Numbered from the stretch's first letter, positions 9,589-19,306 are shown. The stretch is 60,151 bases of DNA from Burkholderiales bacterium (GCA_947450745.1 CANFYD010000001.1:1-60151), one strand, 5' to 3'. Translations and numbers: made by a program. Notes: generated from the letters alone by a model not told the origin.

Positions 9589-10473
9589 ATGCTCCAGACC
9601 GAGTCACCCAGCAGCGCCCACCCCGACCTCGACCTCTACGCCCTGCCTGAACTGCTCAGTGCCTTCATCGAGGATCAGAACGGCGCGGTCAACGCGGTGC
9701 GAGCGGCGGCGCCGCAGTTGGCACAGGCAGTGGCAGCCGCCCTGCCGCGCCTGCAGCAGGGCGGGCGGCTGATTTATGTCGGCGCCGGCACCTCGGGGCG
9801 GCTGGGGGTGCTGGACAGCGTCGAGCTCTACCCGACCTTCTCCTGGCCGCGTGAACGCGCGGTGGCGCTGCTGGCCGGTGGGCCGTCGGCGATGTTTGTG
9901 GCGGTTGAAGGGGCCGAGGACGACAGCCCCCAAGGCCGCGCCGACCTGCTGGCGCTGCAACCGACGCCGAACGACGTGCTGCTGCTGCTGGCTGCCTCCG
10001 GCAACACGCCCTATGTGCTGGGCGCACTGCAGGCCGGCCGCGCGGCCGGTGCGTTGACGATCGGCTTTGCCAACAACCCCGACGCGCCGCTGGCGCTGCA
10101 GGCCGACATCGGCATCACGCTGGAGACCGGGCCGGAAGTGATTTCGGGCAGCACGCGGCTGAAGGCCGGCAGCGCGCAGAAGATGGCGCTGAACACCTTT
10201 TCCAGCGCCTTGATGGTCAAGCTGCACAAGGTCTACGGCAATTTGATGGTCGACCTGAAGCCGACCAATGCCAAGTTGCTGCGCCGCGCCGTGGTGCTGA
10301 CGATGAAGGCCGCCAACACCGACGAGGCCAGCGCCACCGCCACGCTGCAGGCCTGCGACTTTCACGTCAAAGTGGCGCTGGTGGCGCTGCGCCGCAACAT
10401 CCCCGTGGCAGAAGCCCGCGCGGCGCTGGAGGCGGCGCAGGGCAGCGTCAGGCAGGCCTTGAGCGTCGATTGA
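9589..10473 (+). CDS. murQ: N-acetylmuramic acid 6-phosphate etherase
   Basis: GAGTSGRLGVLD, GAED, GPEVISGSTRLKAG, GNLMVD; start placed at MLQTESP. Confidence 0.92.
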   Translation: MLQTESPSSAHPDLDLYALPELLSAFIEDQNGAVNAVRAAAPQLAQAVAAALPRLQQGGRLIYVGAGTSGRLGVLDSVELYPTFSWPRERAVALLAGGPSAMFVAVEGAEDDSPQGRADLLALQPTPNDVLLLLAASGNTPYVLGALQAGRAAGALTIGFANNPDAPLALQADIGITLETGPEVISGSTRLKAGSAQKMALNTFSSALMVKLHKVYGNLMVDLKPTNAKLLRRAVVLTMKAANTDEASATATLQACDFHVKVALVALRRNIPVAEARAALEAAQGSVRQALSVD

Positions 10474-10545
10474 GGCGGGTCAGGGTGGGTTGGGGTGGGC
10501 TGCTAAGCTCGGCCACCCTCCTGCCCACCCATCAATTGCCCGCGC

Positions 10546-11874
10546 ATGACCGAAGCAACAGATTCTCGCCAGCGTCACCGCGACAGCAGCAAAAACCGCA
10601 GCAGCAATCCCTGGCACTGGATTCCGACGCTCTACTTTGGCCAGGGCCTGCCGTATGTGGTGGTGATGACGCTGTCGGTCATCATGTACAAGAACCTGGG
10701 GCTGAGCAACACCGACATCGCGCTGTACACCAGCTGGCTCTACTTGCCCTGGGTGATCAAGCCGCTGTGGTCGCCGCTGATCGAGCTGTTCAGCCGCAAG
10801 CGGGCCTGGATCGTGGCGCTGCAGTTTTTGATCGGTGCCTCGCTGGCCCTGGTGGCGCTGACGATTCCCGGCCCCCGGGTGTTCCAGATGACGCTGGCGG
10901 TGTTCTGGCTGATGGCTTTTGCCTCGGCCTCGCACGACATCGCGGCCGACGGTTTTTACATGCTGGCGCTGCCGCAGCGCAGCCAGGCCGCTTTTGTCGG
11001 CGTGCGCTCGACCTTTTATCGGCTCGCCAACATCGGCGGACAGGGCGGCTTGGTCTATTTGGCCGGCGAGCTGCAAGAGCGCACCGGCAGCATGACGACG
11101 GCCTGGTCCATCGTGTTCTTTGTGCTGGCCGGCCTGTTTGTGCTGATGGCGCTGTATCACCAGTGGATGCTGCCGCGCCCGACCGCCGACCGGCTGAGCC
11201 AGAGCAGCAGCGGCACGCGGGCGCTGCTGCGCGAGTTCTTGCAGGTGTTTGCCGAGTTTTTCCGCAAGCCCGGCATCGCGGTGATCCTGGGCTTCTTGCT
11301 GCTGTACCGCTTCCCCGAAGCGCAGTTGCTGAAGCTGGCCTCGCCGTTTTTGCTTGATACGGCGGCTGTGGGCGGCCTGGGGCTGTCGACCAAACAGGTC
11401 GGCATTGCCTACGGCACCGTCGGCCTGAGCGCCCTGACGCTGGGCGGCTTGGCCGGCGGCTGGATCATTTCGCGCGTCGGCCTGAAGCGCGCGCTGTGGC
11501 CGCTGGTGCTGGCCATGCATGTGCCCAATATCGCTTTTCTGGCACTGGCCATGGCCTTGCCCGCCAACTTAGGCCTGATCAGCGCGGCGCTGGCGGTGGA
11601 GCAGTTCGGCTACGGCCTGGGCTTTACCGCCTACCTGATGTACATGATTCTGGTCGCCGACGGGCCGCACAAAACCGCGCACTACGCGATCTGCACCGGC
11701 TTCATGGCGCTGGGCATGATGTTGCCGGGCATGTGGAGCGGCTGGCTGCAAGCGCAGCTGGGCTATGTCGGCTTCTTCGGCTGGGTGCTGATTGCCACGC
11801 TGCCGTCCTTCCTGATGGCCGCGCAGCTGAAGATTCCGGCCGACTTTGGCAAAAAGCTCGACACCGATGAATAA
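10546..11874 (+). CDS. AmpG-like MFS muropeptide transporter
   Basis: WIPTLYFGQGLP, PWVIKPLWSP, SASHDIAADGFY; multiple TM segments. Confidence 0.85.
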   Translation: MTEATDSRQRHRDSSKNRSSNPWHWIPTLYFGQGLPYVVVMTLSVIMYKNLGLSNTDIALYTSWLYLPWVIKPLWSPLIELFSRKRAWIVALQFLIGASLALVALTIPGPRVFQMTLAVFWLMAFASASHDIAADGFYMLALPQRSQAAFVGVRSTFYRLANIGGQGGLVYLAGELQERTGSMTTAWSIVFFVLAGLFVLMALYHQWMLPRPTADRLSQSSSGTRALLREFLQVFAEFFRKPGIAVILGFLLLYRFPEAQLLKLASPFLLDTAAVGGLGLSTKQVGIAYGTVGLSALTLGGLAGGWIISRVGLKRALWPLVLAMHVPNIAFLALAMALPANLGLISAALAVEQFGYGLGFTAYLMYMILVADGPHKTAHYAICTGFMALGMMLPGMWSGWLQAQLGYVGFFGWVLIATLPSFLMAAQLKIPADFGKKLDTDE

Positions 11875-13474
11875 GCACGGCTTGAAACGCCGTCATTGGC
11901 TGCTCGCGGGCACCGCCCTGACGGCGGCCCTGCCGGTCACGCTGAGCACGGGCTGCGCCCGGCTGCTGCAGCGCGGCCCGCGCTGGCTGCCGGCGCCCGA
12001 ACTGGCGGCGCTGGCACCGGCGGCGCCGCGCGAATTCCGCGCCGCTTGGGTGGCCACCGTAGCCAATATCGACTGGCCCAGCCGCAAGGGCCTGAGCGCA
12101 CCCGAGCAACAGACCGAAATCCGCCAACTGCTTGATGTCGCGGTCGATTTGAAGCTGAACGCGATCATCTTGCAGGTGCGCACCAGCGCCGACGCCTTGT
12201 ACGAATCGGCGCTGGAGCCCTGGAGCGAATACCTGAGCGGCACGCAGGGGCAGTCGCCCGGCTATGACCCGCTGGCGCTGTGGATCGCCGAGGCGCACCA
12301 GCGCGGGCTGGAGCTGCATGCTTGGCTCAACCCGTTCCGGGCGCGCCAGAGCCAAGCGAGTTCAGCCCCGGCCGCCAACCACCTGAGCCAAACGCAGCCG
12401 ACCTGGGTCAAGAGCTACGGTGATCAGCAATGGATGGACCCCGGCGAGCCGGGCGCCGCCGCCCACACGCTGGCGGTCTGCCAAGACCTGTTGCAGCGCT
12501 ACGAGGTGGACGGCCTGCACATCGACGATTATTTCTATCCCTACCCGGTCAACGACCCGAGCAGCCGGCAGGAGCTGGACTTCCCGGACGAGCCGTCGTG
12601 GCAGCGCTATTTACTCGGCGGCGGCAGGCTGGCGCGGGCCGACTGGCGGCGTCAGAACGTCGATCAACTGGTGCAGCGGATTCATCAAACAGTGCGCGCC
12701 ACCAAGCCCTGGGTGCGCTTTGGCATCAGCCCGTTCGGCCTGGGCAAACCGGGCTGGCGGCCGCCCGGCATTGCCGGCTTCAGCCAGTACGACAAGCTCT
12801 ATGCCGACGCCGAGCGCTGGCTGATCGAAGGTTGGCTGGACTATTTTGTGCCGCAGCTCTACTGGCCCATCGCCCAGAAGCCGCAGGCCTTCGGCACACT
12901 GCTGGACTATTGGCAGGCGCAGAACCCGCTCGGCCGCCACCTGTGGCCGGGCCTGTTCACCAGCCGCGTGCTGGCGCTGAACGGCGCGGCGGGTGCTCAA
13001 AGTAACAGCAAGGCCGAAAGCTGGCCGGTGGCCGAGCTGCTGGATCAGATCGCCCTGGTGCGGGAGCGACGGGAACGCCGCGACCAACGCAACGGGGACC
13101 GGCAGCGCACGCCCAGCAGCGGCCACGCCCACTTCAGCATGGTGGCGCTGAGCCAGAACCGGCGAGGCCTGGCCGATGCCTTGAAGGCCGGACCCTATGC
13201 CGAGGCCGCGCTGGTGCCCGCCACCGCCTGGCTGGAAGACCGCCCGGCGCTGGCGCTGGAGGTGCAAATCCGCGCAGAAGCCGATGGCCAACTGCAGCTG
13301 CAGCTGGCGGCCCCGCAGCGCCACGCGGTGTGGCTGCGCTACGGTGAGCGCTGGGTGCTGCACTTGGTCGGCAGTCAGCTGCGAGTGCCGGCGCTGGGCG
13401 TGGACGGTGTGGTGGTGGCGGGACTCGACCGGATCGGGCGCGAGGGCCCGCGCCAAGGCTTCAGCTTGGCATGA
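11867..13474 (+). CDS. GHL10 (YddW/DigH-like) glycoside hydrolase, probable Tat-exported lipoprotein
   Basis: EFRAAWVATVANIDWPS, LHAWLNPFRA, VDGLHIDDYFYPYP, FGISPFG, DYFVPQLYW; KRRHWL plus LSTGC. Confidence 0.88.
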   Translation: MNKHGLKRRHWLLAGTALTAALPVTLSTGCARLLQRGPRWLPAPELAALAPAAPREFRAAWVATVANIDWPSRKGLSAPEQQTEIRQLLDVAVDLKLNAIILQVRTSADALYESALEPWSEYLSGTQGQSPGYDPLALWIAEAHQRGLELHAWLNPFRARQSQASSAPAANHLSQTQPTWVKSYGDQQWMDPGEPGAAAHTLAVCQDLLQRYEVDGLHIDDYFYPYPVNDPSSRQELDFPDEPSWQRYLLGGGRLARADWRRQNVDQLVQRIHQTVRATKPWVRFGISPFGLGKPGWRPPGIAGFSQYDKLYADAERWLIEGWLDYFVPQLYWPIAQKPQAFGTLLDYWQAQNPLGRHLWPGLFTSRVLALNGAAGAQSNSKAESWPVAELLDQIALVRERRERRDQRNGDRQRTPSSGHAHFSMVALSQNRRGLADALKAGPYAEAALVPATAWLEDRPALALEVQIRAEADGQLQLQLAAPQRHAVWLRYGERWVLHLVGSQLRVPALGVDGVVVAGLDRIGREGPRQGFSLA

Positions 13475-13651
13475 CACCCCGAAGGGCAGCTTGAAAGCCC
13501 TGCCGTGCATGAAACACCGGATGCGGGCAAAATGCGCCCCTCGCGCTGCTGGGCTCGACACCGAAGCCAGCTCAGCCGGACTGCCACGCGGCAGCCTTGA
13601 ACCACCGCCATACCGCTCGACCGCAACACCATTGCCCGCACCACAACCCTG

Positions 13652-14806
13652 ATGCCTACTGAACACAAGATCGATATCGTCTACCTCTGGGTGAACGGCA
13701 ACGACCCCGTCTGGCGTGTCAAAAGACGCCAGGCAGTAGAGCGCCTGAGTGCGGGCAACCGGGGCGAAATTGCGGCCTACGGCAATGTGGAGGGGCGCTT
13801 TCGGGACAACGACGAGCTGCGCTACAGCCTGCGCGCGCTGCAGCGCTTCTTCCCGGAGCACGGCCATGTCTACATCGTCACCGACGCGCAAGCACCGACC
13901 TGGCTGCGCCGCAGCGACCGCATCACCGTCATCGACCACCGGGAGCTGATCCCGGCAGCGGCCTTGCCGACCTTTGATTCGGGCAATATCGAGTCCTACA
14001 TCCACCGCATTCCGAACCTGTCGGAGCGCTATTTCTATTTCAACGACGACGTGTTCTTCGGTGCGCCGGTCAAGGTCAGCGATTGGTTCCGCGACGGCGG
14101 TGTGCGGACTGCGGCGGGGCAACACAGCAGCGACGGCGTGTTTGCGGCCTGGTCGGATGAACCGATGGTCAGCGACGAGCCGCTGCGGCCCGATGCACCG
14201 TCTCTGGAAAACGCCTGCCGCATGTCCGGGCAATGGCTGGCGGAGCGCGGCATCGGCGTTGTCGGTGCGGCTGACGCAGCGACCGCTGGGCCAAGCAACG
14301 CACACTATCGCCACACCTTCCGCACCTTTGCCCATTCGCCCCGGCCGATGCTGCGCTCGCTGCTGTATGAGTTGGAGAGCCAAGCGCCGTCGATGTTCGA
14401 GCGTGTGCGGTCCACCGTGTTCCGCATCTGGGACAAGCCGACCATCGTCTCGGACTTTGTGCTGCGCTGGGCCTTGGCGCATGGCGTGGCGGAAATCCGC
14501 GACTACCGGCACCTGCATATTTCCACCGGCGACACCGACACGGTGAGCGGCCCGAGCCACCCGCTGGAGCGCCTGAGCGCTCAGTTTGGTGCGCTCGATT
14601 TCTTCTGCATCAACGACACCACCGACGATGCGCAACCGGATGATGTCCGGCTGACCCGGGTGCGGCAGCGCTTGCAGATGCTGCTGCCGTTCGCGTCGAG
14701 CTTCGAGCAATCGCCCTCTGCGCCGCAAAAGACCAAGTCGTCACCGAAACCTCAAACGGCCGCCAAGGCCGCTGCAAGTCCAGTCGCTGAGCTGGCAGCG
14801 CCCTGA
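13652..14806 (+). CDS. Stealth family hexose-1-phosphate transferase
   Basis: CR1 IDIVYLWVNGND; CR2 ELRYSLRAL...IPNLSERYFYFNDDVFF; CR3 HSPRPM; CR4 FFCIND. Confidence 0.9.
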   Translation: MPTEHKIDIVYLWVNGNDPVWRVKRRQAVERLSAGNRGEIAAYGNVEGRFRDNDELRYSLRALQRFFPEHGHVYIVTDAQAPTWLRRSDRITVIDHRELIPAAALPTFDSGNIESYIHRIPNLSERYFYFNDDVFFGAPVKVSDWFRDGGVRTAAGQHSSDGVFAAWSDEPMVSDEPLRPDAPSLENACRMSGQWLAERGIGVVGAADAATAGPSNAHYRHTFRTFAHSPRPMLRSLLYELESQAPSMFERVRSTVFRIWDKPTIVSDFVLRWALAHGVAEIRDYRHLHISTGDTDTVSGPSHPLERLSAQFGALDFFCINDTTDDAQPDDVRLTRVRQRLQMLLPFASSFEQSPSAPQKTKSSPKPQTAAKAAASPVAELAAP

Positions 14807-14839
14807 ACTAGCGGGTCCCTGGCTGGGCGGCGTGCCGGA

Positions 14840-15349
14840 TCAGCGGCCGAACAGCAGCCCGTCGTCCGGGAACACCATGCTGTAGCTGGTGCGCGCCACC
14901 AGGCCGTCCTTGAAATGCACGTTGAAGCGCATGCCGTAACCGGTCTGGTCGGGCCGGATTGTCCAGTCCCACACGTCCTCGGCGCTGAGTTTGAACGAGG
15001 TGCGGCTGCGCTCTTTGCCCAGCAAGCGGCTGACCTGATCGGGGGTGAAACCCGCCACCACCCGCGAGCGCGGGGCCAGGGCCAAGGTGTTTTCGACGCT
15101 GATGACGCGGCCGTCAGCACCTAGCTTGACCATGTAGCAGGTTTCGCCGAACGGTTGCGAGGAGTATTCCAGCGTCTTGCCGCCGTCGGCATCGGGCCAA
15201 CTGCGCACCGGTTGGCCGTAGGCGCTGAGCACATCGGCGCTTTGGCTGCTGCCAGCAAGCAGCCGTGGGTCGGTGTCCATATTGGCGCAGGCACTCAAGG
15301 CCAGCAGGGCGGATACAACAAATAACAGCTTAGTCGTGCGGCGAATCAT
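14840..15349 (-). CDS. Lipoprotein, BamE/SmpA-like fold
   Basis: Lipobox LSAC; GFTPDQVSRLLG repeat unit; AAGGAG RBS. Confidence 0.7.
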   Translation of the reverse strand: MIRRTTKLLFVVSALLALSACANMDTDPRLLAGSSQSADVLSAYGQPVRSWPDADGGKTLEYSSQPFGETCYMVKLGADGRVISVENTLALAPRSRVVAGFTPDQVSRLLGKERSRTSFKLSAEDVWDWTIRPDQTGYGMRFNVHFKDGLVARTSYSMVFPDDGLLFGR

Positions 15350-15438
15350 GTGATCTCCTTCGATGCGGTACATCAACGGAAAATTATTCCGCATTTGCCG
15401 CAACGGTGTGCACTGCTCGGTTATTCCTGCCTTGCCGA

Positions 15439-16056
15439 TCAAGCCAAATCAACGAACGGCCGCACTTTGGCCAGCAAGCGCTCGACGTATGCCGCCTTCT
15501 CGCCGACCGGGGCCACGTAATGCAGCGCTTCTTGGGTCGCGGCCTCGCCCGCCAGGCGGAGCATCACCCAAGCCGCCAGGTATTGGGCCGACAAGCAGCC
15601 GCCAGCGGTGGCGATCGGGCCGCGCGCATGGAACGGCTCGTCCAGCACCCTCACACCGGCTTCCAGCACCCAGGGCTTGGTGTGCAGATCGGTGCAAGCG
15701 GGCATGTCGCCCAGCAAGCCGAGCCGCGCCAACAACAGCGTGCCTGAACATTGCGCGCCGATCAGCTGGCGCAAGGGGTCCAGCTGCAAACGGTCGAGCA
15801 GGGCCGAGTTCTCGGCAATGGCGCGGGTGTAGATGCCCGAGCCGAACAGCACCACCTCGGCCTCGTTGGCCCATTCCAGCGGCCGCTGCAGCTGCACGGT
15901 CACGCCGTTCATCGAGGTGACCGCGTGGCCCGGCCCGCACAGCTCGGCCGACCAGCCGCTCGCTTTGAGCCGATTCAACAGCCCCAGGGCGATGAAGCTG
16001 TCCAGCTCGTTAAAGCCGTCAAACGTGAGGATGGCGATGCGTGTGGTGGCAGTCAT
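15439..16056 (-). CDS. DJ-1/PfpI family protein
   Basis: FDGFNELD, AQCSG, ATAGG. Confidence 0.88.
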   Translation of the reverse strand: MTATTRIAILTFDGFNELDSFIALGLLNRLKASGWSAELCGPGHAVTSMNGVTVQLQRPLEWANEAEVVLFGSGIYTRAIAENSALLDRLQLDPLRQLIGAQCSGTLLLARLGLLGDMPACTDLHTKPWVLEAGVRVLDEPFHARGPIATAGGCLSAQYLAAWVMLRLAGEAATQEALHYVAPVGEKAAYVERLLAKVRPFVDLA

Positions 16057-16108
16057 GGTTCATTCTGACACCAGGGCTACGCTGCGGCCAGCCGTGCGCC
16101 ACATCGAT

Positions 16109-16624
16109 TTACTCTGCCAGCAGGCTGCGCAGCATCCAGGCGGTTTGCTCATGCACCGTCAAGCGCTGCGTCAGCAAGTCGGCGCTGGGCTCGTCCGAGG
16201 CCTTGCCCACGACGGGGAACAAGCTGCGCGCGGTGCGGGCGACGGCTTCATGGCCTTCGACCAGGATGCGCACCATGTCCAGCGCTTTGGGCGGCAGGGC
16301 TGGCGCGTCTTTCAGGGAGCTGAGCGCGGCGAACTGAGCGTAAGAACCGGGTGCCACATGGCCCAGCGAGCGAATCCGCTCGGCGATCGGGTCCACGGCG
16401 GTCCACAGCTCGGTGTATTGGCCCATGAACATCACGTGCAGGGTGTTGAACATCGGCCCGGTCACGTTCCAATGGAAGTTGTGGGTGGTCAGGTAGAGCG
16501 TGTACGTGTCGGCCAGCAACTTGGACAGACCTTCGGCGATGGCCGCACGGTCCTTTTCTGAAATGCCGATATTGATCGCCTGGCCCGTCGTGCTGAGGGT
16601 GTCGGTCTTGATGCGTTTTGCCAT
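16109..16624 (-). CDS. dps: Dps DNA-binding ferritin-like protein
   Basis: [33 protein letters not shown]. Confidence 0.95.
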   Translation of the reverse strand: MAKRIKTDTLSTTGQAINIGISEKDRAAIAEGLSKLLADTYTLYLTTHNFHWNVTGPMFNTLHVMFMGQYTELWTAVDPIAERIRSLGHVAPGSYAQFAALSSLKDAPALPPKALDMVRILVEGHEAVARTARSLFPVVGKASDEPSADLLTQRLTVHEQTAWMLRSLLAE

Positions 16625-16684
16625 GAGGTGCTCCTTGATGAATGCAGGACTATAGGGGGCGGTGCTGTTCGGTGCAGGGCAAGG

Positions 16685-16792
16685 TCACAGAGCGCTATAG
16701 CGCATCCACAGACTCAAGTCGTGGGCACCCAGGGCTGCGCCGCTGAAAGTGATGGCCAAGCCCAACAGGGTTTGTAAACGGGGTTTGTTCAT
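16685..16792 (-). CDS. 35-aa small ORF MNKPRLQTLLGLAITFSGAALGAHDLSLWMRYSAL (small protein or gene remnant)
   Basis: GAGGAG RBS 6 nt upstream; its own sigma70-like promoter; signal-peptide-like sequence. Confidence 0.5.
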   Translation of the reverse strand: MNKPRLQTLLGLAITFSGAALGAHDLSLWMRYSAL

Positions 16793-16834
16793 GAAGTTCT
16801 CCTCAAGCTGTCCAGCAGAGCTGGTATGAAGTGA

Positions 16835-16900
16835 ACTTTAGTTTTTATCTATTGATTTGTAAAATCAAATAGTTTTAACTTGATGATAGGCAAAAGCTTC
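16835..16900 (-). promoter_or_regulatory. Sigma70-like promoter (TTTACA-N17-TAAAGT) with an abutting putative OxyR site
   Basis: On the + strand, ATCA-N7-TTAA-N7-ATAG-N7-CTTC at 16864-16900 versus the OxyR consensus ATAG-N7-CTAT-N7-ATAG-N7-CTAT. Confidence 0.6.
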
Positions 16901-16901
16901 G

Positions 16902-17822
16902 TCAGCCAGCTTGGACCGCCAATGCTGACGATACAGGCAAGCTGGTACTAACTTCACCATCGTTTCTGGCCAACTCGAGCCCGATCAACGCGCGCTTCGT
17001 CGCCGGCCCCCAGCGATATTCGCCGAACTCGGCGTTCGCCCGGATCACCCGGTGGCAGGGGATCAGATAAGCAATCGGGTTGGCCGCCACGCAACTGGCC
17101 ACCGCCCGCACCGCCTGTGGCGCACCGGCCAGCCGAGCCAATTGCGAATAGGACCGCAACTGCCCTTCCGGTATCGCCAGCAGCGCCTGCCAGACCTTCA
17201 GGCGCAGCGGCGTGCCACTCATCACCAGGCTGATCGGGGCTTGCGGCTTGAGGCCGGCGAAGCGGCGCTGCAACTCGTCGGTCAGCCCGCGCAGCGCTTG
17301 CGGGGCCGCAGTCCAATGCGCCTCGGGCAGTTGCTCGGCGGCGGCGGCCAGCAGTTGCGCGGGCGTTGATCCTTGCAGAAAAGCCAGCTTCAGCACACCA
17401 CGCGCGCTGGCCGCCAGCCAGATCGGGCCCAGCAGCGTGTCGGCCGTCGTCCATTGCAGACTCAAACCTCGCCCGGCTTGCTTGAACTCGCCCGGCGTCA
17501 TGCCCTCCAGGCTGAGAAACAAGTCATGCAAGCGCGACGGGCCGGACAAGCCGGCCGCAAACGCTGCCTCCAACACCGAATCGGCCTGCGCTAGGCTTTG
17601 CTTGGCACGCGCCAACGACAAGGCCTGAGCGAACTCCTTGGGTGTCACGCCGGCCAGGCCGACAAAGCTGCGCTGAAAGTGAAACAGGCTTTGCCCAGCC
17701 GCATCGGCCAAGGTCTGCAGTGGCAGCGGCTCGGTGGCTGCTGCCAGTTGTTCAATCGCCGCACGCACACGCAGGAAGGGCGACGGCGGCGTGGGATCGA
17801 GAGTGCTGCGAAGTGAGGCCAT
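16902..17822 (-). CDS. AraC-HTH plus O6-methylguanine-DNA methyltransferase (Ada-like, no N-terminal Zn domain)
   Basis: FHFQRSF..AGVTPK HTH; SRLHDLF; IPCHRVI active site. Confidence 0.9.
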   Translation of the reverse strand: MASLRSTLDPTPPSPFLRVRAAIEQLAAATEPLPLQTLADAAGQSLFHFQRSFVGLAGVTPKEFAQALSLARAKQSLAQADSVLEAAFAAGLSGPSRLHDLFLSLEGMTPGEFKQAGRGLSLQWTTADTLLGPIWLAASARGVLKLAFLQGSTPAQLLAAAAEQLPEAHWTAAPQALRGLTDELQRRFAGLKPQAPISLVMSGTPLRLKVWQALLAIPEGQLRSYSQLARLAGAPQAVRAVASCVAANPIAYLIPCHRVIRANAEFGEYRWGPATKRALIGLELARNDGEVSTSLPVSSALAVQAG

Positions 17823-17949
17823 GGCGGAACGGGCTGTGGTTGAACAGCGTTGGACAAGTCAACCCATTCTTACCAGCGCCGGCCCACCGCACCACCCGAT
17901 TCTTGCGGTGGCACGGCGGGCAGGCTTACGTCGTCGTGGGTGAGCGTCA

Positions 17950-18069
17950 CGCAGGGCGGGTCGAGACCCACGAGCGATTTCGGCACGGGCAGCGACGTGC
18001 CCACAGGAGCTGGCTCGGCGCAACACCGGTGCCTCCGTCGGCCGCACGCGGGTCGCGACCCGCCCTACG
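17950..18069. repeat. 120-bp REP doublet (REPIN-like), copy A
   Basis: Inverted G(T/C)AGGGCGGGTCG(A/C)GACCC ends; aligns along its length with 24888-25007. Confidence 0.85.
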
Positions 18070-18121
18070 GATGGAGCCTGAGCGGCTGCAAGTTTGCCGC
18101 CCAAGCCCTCAACCGCTCACT

Positions 18122-19306
18122 TCAAAGCCGTTCGAACACGGCGGCAATACCTTGACCGCCACCGATACACATCGTCACCAGCGCATAACGGCCGCCGCTG
18201 CGGTGCAGCTCGTAGATCGCCTTGGTGGCCAGGAAGGCACCGGAGCAACCGATCGGGTGGCCCAGGGCAATCGCGCCGCCGTTCGGGTTGACCTTGCTCA
18301 GATCGAACTCCAAGCCGCGCGACACGGCAATCGCTTGGGCAGCGAACGCTTCGTTGCTCTCGATCACGTCCATCTGGTCCAGGCGCAGGCCGCCCTTTTT
18401 CAGCGCCAGCTTGGTGGCGGGGATCGGGCCTTCGCCCATGATCTCGTTGGGCACACCGGCCACCGCATACGAGACCAGCCGCGCCATCGGCTTGTGGCCG
18501 GCAGCCGCCGCCACTGCAGCATCGGCCAACACGAAGAAGGCCGCACCGTCGTTGATGCCGGACGCATTGCCAGCGGTGACCGAGCCGTCTTTCTTGAACG
18601 CTGGCTTCATCTTGGCCAGCGTTTCCATCGTCGTGCCGGCCTTCACATGCTCGTCGGTGTCAAAGGTCACTTCGCCTTTGCGCGTCTGCTTGACGATGGG
18701 CACGATCTGCGACTTGAAACGGCCTTCGGCAATCGCCAGCGCCGCACGGCGATGTGATTCCACGGCCAGCGCGTCCTGCTCTTCGCGGGTGATGCCCCAT
18801 TTGGTCACCAGGTTTTCAGCGGTGATGCCCATGTGGCCGACGCCGAACGGGTCGGTCAAGGTGGCCACCATCATGTCGATCAGCTTGGTGTCGCCCATGC
18901 GGGCACCGGAGCGCATCGCCGGCGACAGATAGCCGCCGCGGCTCATCACCTCGACGCCGCCGCCGACGCCGTAATCACAGTCGCCCAGCAGAATGTTCTG
19001 GGCGGTGGTGACGATCGCTTGCAGGCCGGATGAACACAGGCGGTTGACGCTCATCGCCACCGAATCCATCGGCAAACCAGCCTGGATCGAGGCCACGCGG
19101 GCCACATACGGAAACCGGCTGTCGGTGGGGATGGTGTTGCCCACCGTCACATAGTTGATCGCCTTCGGATCGACGCCGGAACGCAGCACCGCCTCTTTCA
19201 TCACCGAACCCGCCAGCTCGGCCGGCTCGATATCGGCCAAGCCGCCGCCAAAGGTGCCGATGGCCGAACGGGCTGCGCCCAAAACCACTACATCACGTGT
19301 ACTCAT
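18122..19306 (-). CDS. bktB: Acetyl-CoA C-acyltransferase (beta-ketothiolase, BktB-like)
   Basis: NRLCSSG, NEAFA, GHPIGCSG, CIGGGQG. Confidence 0.9.
   Translation of the reverse strand: MSTRDVVVLGAARSAIGTFGGGLADIEPAELAGSVMKEAVLRSGVDPKAINYVTVGNTIPTDSRFPYVARVASIQAGLPMDSVAMSVNRLCSSGLQAIVTTAQNILLGDCDYGVGGGVEVMSRGGYLSPAMRSGARMGDTKLIDMMVATLTDPFGVGHMGITAENLVTKWGITREEQDALAVESHRRAALAIAEGRFKSQIVPIVKQTRKGEVTFDTDEHVKAGTTMETLAKMKPAFKKDGSVTAGNASGINDGAAFFVLADAAVAAAAGHKPMARLVSYAVAGVPNEIMGEGPIPATKLALKKGGLRLDQMDVIESNEAFAAQAIAVSRGLEFDLSKVNPNGGAIALGHPIGCSGAFLATKAIYELHRSGGRYALVTMCIGGGQGIAAVFERL

Noticed and set aside
13475-13651. c-di-GMP or other riboswitch upstream of the Stealth gene
   Set aside because: GC-rich hairpins are present, but no consensus aptamer motifs
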